A program made the translations under genes and the position numbers. From NCBI GenBank assembly GCA_963782915.1, contig CAWALK010000024.1:101969-165968 (forward strand): a stretch of 64,000 bases of DNA, written 5' to 3'. The stretch's first letter is position 1. Every line of letters starts with the position of its first letter. Below, in pieces: positions 28,814 through 38,628 of the stretch. The stretch is from an uncultured archaeon. GTDB taxonomy: Archaea; Thermoproteota; Bathyarchaeia; Bathyarchaeales; Bathycorpusculaceae. Below the pieces are notes generated by a model that did no database searches, was not told the origin of the DNA, and worked only from the letters and a program-made list of their open reading frames with translations.

Positions 28814-29731
28814 ATGTTGACCGATTGGTCTAAAAAGGATTTATTAATTTTAGCATTTGATCATCGTGCCTCTTTTATTGAAAAACTCTTCGGAATCAAA
28901 GGTCGTCCGCCAACAGCTGACGAAAAGAAAAAGATTGAAGAAGCCAAAGAAATCATTTTTGACGGCTTCAAAGCGGCTGTTAGCAAGAAGGTTCCAAAAG
29001 ATATTGCAGGTTTACTGGTTGACGAAGAATTCGGCGCAAAAATCTTGCGTGAAGCCAAAAAGGATGGCTATAACTTCGCGATGCCAGCAGAAAAATCTGG
29101 CCAGGACGAATTCGATTTTGAATATGGCGATCAATTCTCAAAGCACATCGAAGATTTTGACCCCACTTACCTCAAAGTCTTGGTGCGCTATAATCCTGAA
29201 AGCGATGCAGTAAGCAACAAACGCCAACTCCAACGCCTAAAGGTCCTCAGCGATTACCTCTTGAAAATCAAGAAACCCTTCCTCTTCGAACTCATCGTAC
29301 CAGCCACCCCCGCTCAGCTAGCAAAAGTAGGCGGAGCCAAAGAGAAATATGACCTCGAACTTCGCCCCAAACTCATGTGCGAAAGCATAAAGCAGATTCA
29401 AGACGGCGGCGTAGAAACAGCGATCTGGAAACTCGAAGGCGTCGAAGACCCAAACAACGCCAAAGCCATCGTCAAACAAGCACAAGCGGGCGGACGAAAA
29501 GCAGGCGTCATCACGTTGGGACGCGGCGAATCCAAAGACAAAGTCAAAGAATGGCTAGCAGTAGGCGCAAAAATTCCAGGCATCATCGGCTTCGCAGTCG
29601 GCAGAACAATCTTCTGGGACCCACTAGTTGAGTATAAAGCAGGTAAAATCGACCGCAAAGGTGCAGTTGAGAAAATCGCTCAATGCTACATCGAATTTGT
29701 AGAATTATGGCAAAATGAAAGGAAAAAGTGA
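28814..29731 (+). CDS. DUF2090-family (IolC-C-terminus/LacD-like) class I aldolase
   Basis: LAFDHR, EKSG, KVLVRYNP, WKLEG (Schiff-base Lys), LGRG, GFAVGRTIFW. Confidence 0.85.
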   Translation: MLTDWSKKDLLILAFDHRASFIEKLFGIKGRPPTADEKKKIEEAKEIIFDGFKAAVSKKVPKDIAGLLVDEEFGAKILREAKKDGYNFAMPAEKSGQDEFDFEYGDQFSKHIEDFDPTYLKVLVRYNPESDAVSNKRQLQRLKVLSDYLLKIKKPFLFELIVPATPAQLAKVGGAKEKYDLELRPKLMCESIKQIQDGGVETAIWKLEGVEDPNNAKAIVKQAQAGGRKAGVITLGRGESKDKVKEWLAVGAKIPGIIGFAVGRTIFWDPLVEYKAGKIDRKGAVEKIAQCYIEFVELWQNERKK

Positions 29732-29737
29732 CTAAAC

Positions 29738-30721
29738 ATGACCTCTCTTAGATCTTTAGCTCCCGCATTGACAAGAATCACCACCGCCGGCGCAGTAGGC
29801 GCTGCCCTGCACATCGGCAAAGGTGACCCCGACAAAGTAGATCAAACAGCCCTCGACTTCAGCCGAGCAGCCTTAAACCAAACGGAAGTGGACGGCGAAG
29901 TCATCTGCTGTGAAGGCCCCAAAGACAATGCACCCGCTTTTAGTTACCGAGAAAAAGTCGGAACAGGCAACGGACCCAAAGTTGAATTCGTCATCGACCA
30001 AGTAGACGGCACCACAGCCACCTCAAAAGGCAAAAAAGACGCCATTTCAGCGTTAGCATGCGCCCCAGCAGGTTGCCTCCAAGTTTTACCGGACGATGGT
30101 TACTACTTTAAAGTCGCCACTAACGGCGCAGCAAAAGGCAAAATCAATTTAGACATGCCCATTGAAGACATCGTGAAAACCGTTGCAGCTGCCAAAAAGT
30201 TAGAGCTATCCAACTTTACCGTGATTATGCTGGAACGTGAACGCCACGCGGACCTTCTTGTTCGCCTAAGAAAGATGGGTGTAAGAATCGTCTTAATTAC
30301 CGACGGCGACATCGGCGGCGCAATCGTCACCTGTTTACCCAACACAGGCATTGACTTGCTGATCGGTGCAGGCGCAGGCGCAGAAGCAACCATGGCAGCC
30401 ACAGCTGTAAAGTGCCTCGGCGGAACCATGCTGGTCAGAGTTTGGCATGATAAGAAAGATGACGCAGGCAGAATGAAGCGGCTTGAAGCAGCAGGCGTAG
30501 ACGTCACCAAAACCTACACTGAAGACGAATTGGCAAAAGGGAATGAAATGATTTTTGCCGCTTCAGGCATCACTAAGGGCGAAATGCTTGATGGCGTTCG
30601 GTTCACAGCTGAAGGTGCAACTGTTCAGTCATTCTGTACGAGGTTGCCAAGCGGCACAATCGAGTGGTCTAAAACGATTTTGAAGTTTAAAGGGCACCCA
30701 GTCTATAGCCATATTACATAG
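29738..30721 (+). CDS. glpX: Class II fructose-1,6-bisphosphatase
   Basis: EG, D-x-VDGT, RERH, LITDGD, FAASGITKGEMLDGV. Confidence 0.88.
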   Translation: MTSLRSLAPALTRITTAGAVGAALHIGKGDPDKVDQTALDFSRAALNQTEVDGEVICCEGPKDNAPAFSYREKVGTGNGPKVEFVIDQVDGTTATSKGKKDAISALACAPAGCLQVLPDDGYYFKVATNGAAKGKINLDMPIEDIVKTVAAAKKLELSNFTVIMLERERHADLLVRLRKMGVRIVLITDGDIGGAIVTCLPNTGIDLLIGAGAGAEATMAATAVKCLGGTMLVRVWHDKKDDAGRMKRLEAAGVDVTKTYTEDELAKGNEMIFAASGITKGEMLDGVRFTAEGATVQSFCTRLPSGTIEWSKTILKFKGHPVYSHIT

Positions 30722-30783
30722 GCCCTTTTTTCTTTTTTTATTTTATTTTTGTCTTTTAATTTCTAAAAAAATAGATGAGATAC

Positions 30784-31404
30784 TCAAGAGTGAGTATGAG
30801 GATGCTCGTGAGTGTGGGTGTGCGCTTCTTCGGTTTCTTCCTCTTCAGGAGGTACAGGTATATCTGCCAACTTAGAAAGCTCAAGATACCGTTGGTGAGT
30901 TATGAGATGGATTTGTTCACGCAACTCCTCGCCTGTGAGGGGCTGTTTCTTTAGCAATCCGATTTTTTTAACTAACTCTTCGTCGCCAAGTCCTTTAAAC
31001 CATGCTTCGAAGTCGCCCCGTTTAAGGTGGAATTCAACTGAGTGTATGTCTGCATTGTCGACTTTATGTGAGAAGTCCCGCAGATTATGTGCATGCACAC
31101 TAAGCGGTTTGTCAACTGTAGCGTAAAAGTGGAATGCTCTATCGTGTGGTGCATAATCTAAGATTGCTGCTGCTTTCTCTTTGGTGATTTCAGGTATGCC
31201 AAGTGCCTGTTTGCCATGTGCTGTTATGGTGTAGAAGCCTTTTTCTGGAGAAGCTACGTAGCCCATGCGTATGAGCCCTAAAAGGTGCATCATGACTGGC
31301 TGGAACTCTTTATGTGCACCCTTAGCGATGTCCATGGCTTTTTGTGGTTTGCTGCTAAGGAACATGGATTCCAGTATTTCTTGTTTAATAGGTGATAAAC
31401 TCAT
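30784..31404 (-). CDS. wHTH + DUF5752-like domain protein with acidic/His-rich tail
   Basis: AFHFY...SVEFHLKRGDFEAW...LGDEEL; N-terminal wHTH; HTHTHEHPHTHS tail. Confidence 0.72.
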   Translation of the reverse strand: MSLSPIKQEILESMFLSSKPQKAMDIAKGAHKEFQPVMMHLLGLIRMGYVASPEKGFYTITAHGKQALGIPEITKEKAAAILDYAPHDRAFHFYATVDKPLSVHAHNLRDFSHKVDNADIHSVEFHLKRGDFEAWFKGLGDEELVKKIGLLKKQPLTGEELREQIHLITHQRYLELSKLADIPVPPEEEETEEAHTHTHEHPHTHS

Positions 31405-31575
31405 TCGGAGGCACCTGCCTCTTAGTGCTATGTGTCTCGGAGTAATCAAACTTTTCCCCATGAAGCAATCCTAAAAGTCGATTCCAAGTGGGGTTTTAGC
31501 GGCTGGTTTGGATTTAGGTAAAGCTTTAGTACGCTGGTTCCTACTCCCATATGGAATAATGGTGATACAGTAAGC

Positions 31576-32826
31576 ATGAAGATTGCCGTTTTCGTCTATG
31601 AATATCCACCTAAAATCGTCGGTGGACTAGGAACATACGCAGCTGAAATCACACGCAAATTCGTCTTAAACGACCATGATGTAACCGTGTTCACAATGAA
31701 CGATGATGCAGGCTCCATGCCCACCAGAGAGATTTGGCGGGGCATAGAAATCCATCGCCCACTCCACATCGACATCTCCGATTCACTACCAGACGTAATC
31801 GCTGAGGACATCCGCAAATGGGGCAGAGGCATCCATTTATTCGGCAAACTAATGGTTTACAATTACCTATCAGCGGCCAAACTGGTTAACGAGTTAATCA
31901 AACGCGAAGGTATGAAATATGACATAGTCGTTGCGCATGATTGGCTCTCAGCTATGGGCGGCATTACAGTCAAGCGTGAAACAGGTTTGCCCTTTGCCTT
32001 CCACGTCCACTCTACCGAGAAAGGCCGCACCATGGGAAACGGCTCAAGCGTAGTGTCCAACATAGAGTTGAGGGCTGGAAAAATGGCGGATATGGTCGTC
32101 ACCGTCTCTTACGCTATGAAAGATGAACTTGTCGGGCTTGGTTTTCCTAAAGAAAAAATCCAAGTCAGCTACAATGGGGTAGACCCACAGAAATACAATC
32201 CAGAAAACATCGCTAAAGAAGACATACAACGGGTACGTGCCAAATATGGCATAAAAGACGATGATTTCATGATACTCTTCCTAGGCAGACTCGTCGGGGT
32301 TAAAGGCGTAGATAAACTCATCATGGCAATGCCCCACATCCTAACAAAAATCCCCAAAGCCAAACTAGTCATAGTCGGCGTCGGCGACCTACAAGAATAC
32401 CTATCAAACCTCACCCAAATCACAAAACAGGGCGACTACATCAAATTCTGCTTCGACTTCATCCCAGAAGAAGAACGCATCATCCACTACGCAGCATGCG
32501 ACGTAGCAGTGTTTCCAAGCTACTATGAACCCTTTGGCATCGTAGCACTCGAAGCCATGAGTATGGAAAAACCCGTTGTCGTCGGTGCAGCAGGCGTAAG
32601 CGGCATGCGAGAAATCGTCATCTGCTGTGGACCAGAACAATGCGGCTACCACATCGACCCAAACAACCCCAGCGACATAGCTTGGGGGGTAACCAACGCC
32701 CTATCAAGCCCCGAGTGGACCAAAACCTTGGGCAAGAACGGACGAAAACGGGTCTTAGCAGAGTTCACATGGAGCAAAATCGCCGAACACACTGTGGATC
32801 TTTACGAAACAATCGCGAAACGGTAA
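31576..32826 (+). CDS. GT4-family glycosyltransferase (glycogen-synthase-like)
   Basis: EYPPKIVGGLG, AHDW, HSTEKGR, GRLVGVKG, EPFGIVALEAM. Confidence 0.92.
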   Translation: MKIAVFVYEYPPKIVGGLGTYAAEITRKFVLNDHDVTVFTMNDDAGSMPTREIWRGIEIHRPLHIDISDSLPDVIAEDIRKWGRGIHLFGKLMVYNYLSAAKLVNELIKREGMKYDIVVAHDWLSAMGGITVKRETGLPFAFHVHSTEKGRTMGNGSSVVSNIELRAGKMADMVVTVSYAMKDELVGLGFPKEKIQVSYNGVDPQKYNPENIAKEDIQRVRAKYGIKDDDFMILFLGRLVGVKGVDKLIMAMPHILTKIPKAKLVIVGVGDLQEYLSNLTQITKQGDYIKFCFDFIPEEERIIHYAACDVAVFPSYYEPFGIVALEAMSMEKPVVVGAAGVSGMREIVICCGPEQCGYHIDPNNPSDIAWGVTNALSSPEWTKTLGKNGRKRVLAEFTWSKIAEHTVDLYETIAKR

Positions 32827-32831
32827 CTCCC

Positions 32832-33446
32832 TTGTCATTTGATTCCGAGCTAAAATGTCGAGTTGCACGGGAAGCCGCTACACTGCTCTATTTTGGAGCC
32901 GAAAAAGAGTACAAACAAGCTAAAGATAAAGCAGCCCAAACACTGGGAACCCACTTTTTACCCTCCAACCTCGAAATCGCCTTGGAGCTGGATAAGATTG
33001 CTGAAGAAAACGAGGGTGAGAAACGTAAGGAGCGTTTGGTTGAGATGCGCAGGGAAGCCTTGGACGTTATGAAGTTGCTGAGCGGTTCTTGCCCTGTTTT
33101 GATAGGCAGCGTTTGGCGGGGCACGATTAAGCAGGGCAGCGACATCGACATCGCCGTCTACACCGATAATCCCGAAGGCACCGTTAACGCGCTTAAAGCA
33201 GGGGGCGTAAAAGTTTCAAAAACCAACTGGACAACGGTGAACAAGAAAGGAGCAACCCTGGAATCCTTCCACATCTACGCCCAAACCCCCGCCAAGCATG
33301 GACTCGAAATCGTCGCGCGTGGCAGAGAGGAAGCAGGCAAGAAACGCAGGTGCGAAACATTCGGCGACGAACTAAAAGGCTTAAACATAAAAGAACTCAC
33401 AAAAATCCTCGAAACCCACCCAACTCAACGGTTTATCCCAACCTAA
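32832..33446 (+). CDS. Pol-beta-type nucleotidyltransferase domain protein
   Basis: VAREAATLLY, KEYKQAK, LPSNLEI, GSVWRG...SDIDI. Confidence 0.82.
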   Translation: MSFDSELKCRVAREAATLLYFGAEKEYKQAKDKAAQTLGTHFLPSNLEIALELDKIAEENEGEKRKERLVEMRREALDVMKLLSGSCPVLIGSVWRGTIKQGSDIDIAVYTDNPEGTVNALKAGGVKVSKTNWTTVNKKGATLESFHIYAQTPAKHGLEIVARGREEAGKKRRCETFGDELKGLNIKELTKILETHPTQRFIPT

Positions 33447-33517
33447 TATTAGGTCAAAAAACTGTTTTTCAGCAAAAAAGCAGATAAACCACGGTTTCAA
33501 ATCATTTTTGATGACTT

Positions 33518-33938
33518 ATGTCTGATGCTTTGGACAAGAAATCTCTCAGGAAAATGTTTCCACACCTCTACAATGAGTTAGAAACGGGAGAAGTCAAAGT
33601 TCCAATTAATGCAGTACGTAAGGATCCCTTGGAGGCTGAAGCAGAAGTTGAGGGGGAAGAATGCGGCTGCGAGGAATGCCATGAACCCGGAAGTCATAGC
33701 TCCATCCACAACTACACCTGATAAACTGCGCCATTTCAACCCGCAGGCTGTTGATTTTCTGCGTCGATGTGACACACAAGTGCAGGCTGAAGAAATCATC
33801 AGTTACTTGCAGAAGAAAGGCGAAATTACAGTGGAGTATGCTTCGGAGTTGCGGTGCCAGTTAAAGAGGGATGGAGTTCGCAGTTTTGGGCCTAAGAAGG
33901 AAGAGTATCATTACTTTAAAGAAGGCGGCCTCTGCTAA
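33518..33938 (+). CDS. DUF2095-like protein; frameshift near 33688
   Basis: KMFPHLYNEL in the first frame, then FNPQAVDFLRRCDT...EIISYL...GVRSFGPKKE. Confidence 0.75.
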
Positions 33939-34118
33939 CCCGTTTTCCTTTTGCACTTTAATTTTTGTAGAATACGAGCGCAATAAATTAAGCATAAATA
34001 GAACGTGTATCACGCAGTATTCGGAAACAGAATGAATTTTTTTGGTGAAGCCGCCGTTTATTATAAATAGCGCTTGCTTAGTTACCAATAATTCAGTTTA
34101 TGAATAAGAGAGGAGATT

Positions 34119-34778
34119 ATGAAAAAAATAACTAAAATACAGGTAACTTTAGCCACTTTATTGCTTACAACCATATTGTTAAGCGTAAGTGCACCACTCT
34201 GTTCAGCTGCTGATTCACCGCAATATATCCTAAGCGCATATGCAGTGGATTCAGCGGGAAATCCCACAGCAGCAGTAATTACTCCATCTGCAAACGAAGC
34301 CGCCATCTACATTGCAGTCACAACACAAATTCCTTCAGACACCAGAGTAACACAATCAGGTTTTAGCTGCTACGCCGACGGTCAACCGAGAGTCAACTTA
34401 AATTCAATCTCTGACCCAATTTCCACAGTGACAAACACAAACGGCTCAAAAACCGCCATCTACCGATTGTCTTTAATGGTGCCAGATAACCTTGCATCGC
34501 CAGCAGCCAGCTTCGAATTCTTCACCAAAGTCACTATAGTAAGCGGCGAAACCGAAACAGAAGTGACCCACACAGCATCTTCAACGCTTCAATACACTGT
34601 AACTGTAGCGCCAACACCAACTCCAACTGCCACAGCAACGGCGACACCTACACCAACAGCCACAATAGAGCCGTCACCAACAGTGCCAGAGTTTCCCTTA
34701 GCAGCAATCAGCATTGCTGTTCTCGTCATAGGAACAACATTTTGTGCTGTTGCTTACAAGAGAAAACAAGCAGAGTAA
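34119..34778 (+). CDS. Secreted protein with Pro/Thr linker and PEF-CTERM sorting signal
   Basis: Signal peptide; PTPTPTATATATPTPT; VPEFP + TM + KRK. Confidence 0.82.
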   Translation: MKKITKIQVTLATLLLTTILLSVSAPLCSAADSPQYILSAYAVDSAGNPTAAVITPSANEAAIYIAVTTQIPSDTRVTQSGFSCYADGQPRVNLNSISDPISTVTNTNGSKTAIYRLSLMVPDNLASPAASFEFFTKVTIVSGETETEVTHTASSTLQYTVTVAPTPTPTATATATPTPTATIEPSPTVPEFPLAAISIAVLVIGTTFCAVAYKRKQAE

Positions 34779-34989
34779 ATGAGAAAGCATTTTCTCCATT
34801 TTTTCTTAATTAATTCAGGCATAGCAAGCTAAGTTTTTTATCGATTGCAATGCCGATATAAATAATATGCATGTTATAAATTTCATAAGACGGCCTTTGT
34901 GTGAAGTGAAAGTTCCCGTATACAAAAGCATCGCCCAAACAAACAAAAAGACGCCTCTCCTTGAACATTCTTTAACATATTAATGAATT

Positions 34990-35085
34990 GCTGAGCCACG
35001 GGACCAAATTAAGAAATAAGCAAACTATAACTGTTCGAAAATTTCAAATCGTAAATTATCTCCAAGAGCCTTCTCAGCCCAGTCT
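34990..35085 (-). repeat. PQQ-gene 3' stem-loop element, copy A
   Basis: GCTGAG...GCAAACTATAA...ATCGTAAATTATCTCC...CTCAGCCCAGTCT shared with copy B. Confidence 0.65.
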
Positions 35086-35138
35086 AACATCAAAATAAAA
35101 ACAAAAAGGGAGGGAAAATAATTCCCAAGGATTTTATT

Positions 35139-37811
35139 TTATGGTCGTTTTCTTAGAGCAAGCAGTAGAACTGCGCCGACGACTGCGATTGCAATGATTA
35201 TGCCGATGACGCCAGGTACGAAGTAGAGGTCAGCCATTGATGCTGGTTGTGTTGGTTGTGGGGTAGCTGTTGCTGCTGCTGGGTCCACTGCGAAAGAGGT
35301 TTGTGCTGATGAGCCATAGTATGCTTTTGAGCCTGTGAAGCTTGCGATGACTGTGTATTTGCCGGTGATGTCTGGTGTCCATTGTAGGCTGTAGGTTCCG
35401 CTTGAGTCGCTGGTTGCTGTTCCGATGTAGCGGTAGTTGCCGTTTGCGTCAACTACAGTGAGGTATACATCGACACCTGTTGCGTTGGTTGGTTTGTTTT
35501 GTTGCATGTAGACGTATTCCATCCATGCCTGTTGACTTGCGTCAGAGACACATGGTACGCCAGTTGGGAAGCGTGCTGCTTGTTCTTCTTGTTGTGTTCC
35601 TGCTGCTATGTCTGTGATGGTGCCTCGGATTACTAGGCTTTGGCCTTGAGTGACTGCGGCTAATGGTGCATCTACTGTTAGTTTGCTTGCGCCTTTACCA
35701 ACTGAGTAGACTTGCATGTCATAGATGTTTAGGTATACGAAGTATCCGTCTGCGACAAGGTCGTTTTGTCCGACGTACATGCCTGAGCCCATTCCTGTGA
35801 GGGTCCAGATTTCTTCGCCTGTGGTTGCGTTCATGCATGCGTATATTCCGCCTTTGTAGAGTGGTTGGTCTGGTGAGTGCTCTGTTGTTCCGATGTAGAC
35901 TTTACCGTCTGCGATGACGTCGATGAATACTGGGTAGTGTCCGTATACTGTGTCTGAGCCTGAGGTTGTGGTGTTGCCTGCGCCGCCGTTGCCATAAGTC
36001 CATAGTAAGTCGCCTGTCTTGTCGTCATAGCAGTAGACTATGCCGTCGTATCCTGCTGCGTAGAGGTTGCCGTATGCACTGAGGGTGTCTCTTCTTAGGG
36101 TGTCCCATTCGCAAACGAGTGGTTCTGATGTCCAGAGGTGGTTTCCGTTGCTGAGGTCGAAGCCGTTGATTTCTAAGGTTTCTTTGTCTTCTGTGACGAA
36201 GGTACCTGCAATTGCATCAACTGCAACGAGTACTCTTGTAACGTTACCGTCTGCTGGTGCATAGGCCTTTGTCCATAGTATGTTGCCTGCTGTATCTTTG
36301 TTTAAGCTGACGCAGGTTATGTTTGCGCCGAAGCTTTCTACTCTTGGGCCAGCTCCTAAGTTGCCTTGCATGAGGAGTAATTTGTCTCCTGCAATGACAT
36401 CTCTGAAGACAGTCCAGCCTTGTCCTTTGATTGATGGTAGGGAAACGTTCCAATCGTACATGCGTATGTCTGCTGCGTTCATTCCGGGGTTTGCTGAGGT
36501 TGGGTACCAGTTGCCTGCGCCGATTTGGCCTGCTGCGAGTTGTTGGGCTCTCGATGAGTTCCATTCTTGTAGGTAGTACTTGGGGGCTGTTGAAGTGCCG
36601 AGGTTGGCCAATGAGTAGATGAGGTATTCGCCTCTTGGGCCTGCTGCTGATGCGCCGTTTGCTGAGTTGGCTGCTAAAGTGGCTGATGCTGCTGATCCGG
36701 AAGGTACGTTGGTCAGGTTAAAGGTTGTGAGCTTACCTGTGCGAGCATCGTATCCTCTCCAGACAGTGCCTTGGCCAGTAACTGATGATGTTGCGATTAG
36801 CAGACCGTTAGGTAAGACACCGTGTTGGTTGCCGTCTTCAAAACCGTATAGGTAACCGAATGATGGTACGCCAACGGTTAGTTGACTGGCATCGATGCGC
36901 CAGAGTTCTTCGCCTGTTTGTAGGTTTACTGCGACGTAGTCTCCTCCGCTACCAGAGTTGCCGTTTGGTTCTTGATAGTAGAGTGTGCCTTGTATGATGA
37001 TTGCGTTGCTGAATCTTGGGTTGTATGAGCTGCCTGTGTAGTATCCTTCGCCTTCGTTTTTGGTTGCGTCTCCACCTACGACACCACCGTTCTGAATTGG
37101 TTTAGTCCACATAACGTGTGAAGTTTCTGGTGCTGCGCCATCGCCTTGGAATCTGCCGTAGCCTGCACCGCCAGTGGATGTTGCGCCTGAGCGGATTTGG
37201 GGTGCGTTTAACCAGTTAGAGGCAATGATGTACCAGTTGCTGTTTTGACCGTTTATGGGTCTTGTCCAGTATTCAGTTGGAAGTGCTGCGCCGTTAGTGA
37301 CTGGTGGGACTTGTTCGTTTGTTACTTTAAGTGTTGTTACAGCTTGAGCAGGAAGATAATGGTCGCCTGTGTAGTTGACGGCATTAGGGCTTGAAGGAAG
37401 CCATGTGTGTATTTGTCCAGGGTAATTGAATGTTAGAGTGTAGTTGCCGACTTTGTCTGGGGTGAATGCATATGCTTGAACACCGGTAGTATCGTCAACA
37501 ACAGCCCAAGTTTGAGTGGTGTTTACACCGTCAGGGTCTGTAATTGTTAACTTGTAATCGTGTCGACGAATGTCATTTGTTACTACTGCACCGGTTATTG
37601 GTATGTCAACCCACACGAAAACGTATACTTCTTGACCGACACCCACTGGATTAGGGGCGGCGGAAACGTAAGCATACGAAGTAATGTCCCATGCGGGTGT
37701 GTGTGCACTAGCAGTCGATAGAGAGGTCAAAGGAATAGCCATAGATATCATGAGAAACAATGCTACAATAGCAAATGTCTTTTTTGATATTTCATTATTT
37801 AGCAATTTCAT
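35139..37811 (-). CDS. Secreted PQQ-like beta-propeller repeat protein 1 with C-terminal Ig-like domain and TM anchor
   Basis: Signal peptide, PNPVGVGQ, LPTEYWTRPI, repeated D-x2-TG-x3-W motifs, TM + RKRP. Confidence 0.9.
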   Translation of the reverse strand: MKLLNNEISKKTFAIVALFLMISMAIPLTSLSTASAHTPAWDITSYAYVSAAPNPVGVGQEVYVFVWVDIPITGAVVTNDIRRHDYKLTITDPDGVNTTQTWAVVDDTTGVQAYAFTPDKVGNYTLTFNYPGQIHTWLPSSPNAVNYTGDHYLPAQAVTTLKVTNEQVPPVTNGAALPTEYWTRPINGQNSNWYIIASNWLNAPQIRSGATSTGGAGYGRFQGDGAAPETSHVMWTKPIQNGGVVGGDATKNEGEGYYTGSSYNPRFSNAIIIQGTLYYQEPNGNSGSGGDYVAVNLQTGEELWRIDASQLTVGVPSFGYLYGFEDGNQHGVLPNGLLIATSSVTGQGTVWRGYDARTGKLTTFNLTNVPSGSAASATLAANSANGASAAGPRGEYLIYSLANLGTSTAPKYYLQEWNSSRAQQLAAGQIGAGNWYPTSANPGMNAADIRMYDWNVSLPSIKGQGWTVFRDVIAGDKLLLMQGNLGAGPRVESFGANITCVSLNKDTAGNILWTKAYAPADGNVTRVLVAVDAIAGTFVTEDKETLEINGFDLSNGNHLWTSEPLVCEWDTLRRDTLSAYGNLYAAGYDGIVYCYDDKTGDLLWTYGNGGAGNTTTSGSDTVYGHYPVFIDVIADGKVYIGTTEHSPDQPLYKGGIYACMNATTGEEIWTLTGMGSGMYVGQNDLVADGYFVYLNIYDMQVYSVGKGASKLTVDAPLAAVTQGQSLVIRGTITDIAAGTQQEEQAARFPTGVPCVSDASQQAWMEYVYMQQNKPTNATGVDVYLTVVDANGNYRYIGTATSDSSGTYSLQWTPDITGKYTVIASFTGSKAYYGSSAQTSFAVDPAAATATPQPTQPASMADLYFVPGVIGIIIAIAVVGAVLLLALRKRP

Positions 37812-37870
37812 AACTTTTTTTTCTCCGTTTTATAGTCTAATCAATGGTTGATAAAACGCTAATAAGCCTC

Positions 37871-37887
37871 ACTCACCTATTGTGAGT
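37871..37887. promoter_or_regulatory. Palindromic operator ACTCAC-N5-GTGAGT upstream of PQQ-like gene 1
   Basis: Same motif at 41293 and 45389, each abutting a TATA-like box. Confidence 0.75.
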
Positions 37888-38022
37888 ATAACGATTGTTT
37901 GATCCAAGAGCAGATTCGATCAAAGAACCAAAAATAACCACGTAAAGTAGTATTCAATACTTAAATTTCAAGAATAAATGACCAAGGTTATAAAAAAATA
38001 TTTTTCGTCAAGTTGTGGGTTT

Positions 38023-38126
38023 GCTGAGGCTCTGGACCAAATTAAGGAGAAAGAGCAAATGCAAAAGCTCTCTCACATACTTCCTGGGCAGGCAGCACGT
38101 GAACCGAACCAGAACCCATTCAGCCC
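38023..38126 (-). repeat. Stem-loop element, copy C
   Basis: GCTGAGGCTCTGG...CCAGAACCCATTCAGC terminal inverted repeat; left arm GGACCAAATTAAG shared with copy A. Confidence 0.6.
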
Positions 38127-38188
38127 CTTTATTTTCAATTCCTTTTTCGAAAACAGCATCATTCGGTAATTAGCCAATAATAAAGGTC

Positions 38189-38401
38189 CTAAACATTTTT
38201 AGTCTCCTTCACACGTTTCACTAATACTTTAAAATCGACAATTTCACCAATAAGCGACTTATCGACCGTAACCTGAATCCTACCATACCGATGCTCCTTA
38301 CCACATACTCTAATAACATGCGGTTTAATCTCAATAGATTCGAATTGAATTATTTCAGATGCTTTGCTATCGTCGTGTTTCAGATATAATTCCTCCCCCA
38401 A
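38189..38401 (-). CDS. Small AT-rich hypothetical protein between stem-loop elements B and C
   Basis: 70-aa ORF; YGRIQVTVDKSLIG suggests a small beta-rich fold; start uncertain. Confidence 0.45.
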   Translation of the reverse strand: MGEELYLKHDDSKASEIIQFESIEIKPHVIRVCGKEHRYGRIQVTVDKSLIGEIVDFKVLVKRVKETKNV

Positions 38402-38458
38402 ATTGCTGAGGCGGGCGCTGGTTTATCCTCAGAAAAATATTGTATTGCGCTAGGGTTT

Positions 38459-38570
38459 GCTGAGGCCCCGGGCGTGTTTTTTCTAGGAGAAAAGAAAAAA
38501 TGCAAACTATAAATCACGATGATTGCAAACATCGTAAATCATCTCCCGGGAACCTACTCAGCCCCAGTCT
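38459..38570 (-). repeat. PQQ-gene 3' stem-loop element, copy B
   Basis: GCTGAGGCCCCGGG...CCCGGGAACCTACTCAGC outer stem; inner hairpin ACGATG-N8-CATCGT. Confidence 0.7.
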
Positions 38571-38628
38571 GAACGCATATATTGGAACTAAAAAAGGGAG
38601 GGAAGAGAATTTCATTTTGTCTTCGCCT

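Noticed and set aside
34990-38570. Stem-loop elements as canonical integron attC sites
   Set aside because: A GTCTAAC lies beside copy A, but RYYYAAC/GTTRRRY boxes do not bracket the stems in the right order, the genes have their own promoters and no IntI is present; kept only as an unnamed element
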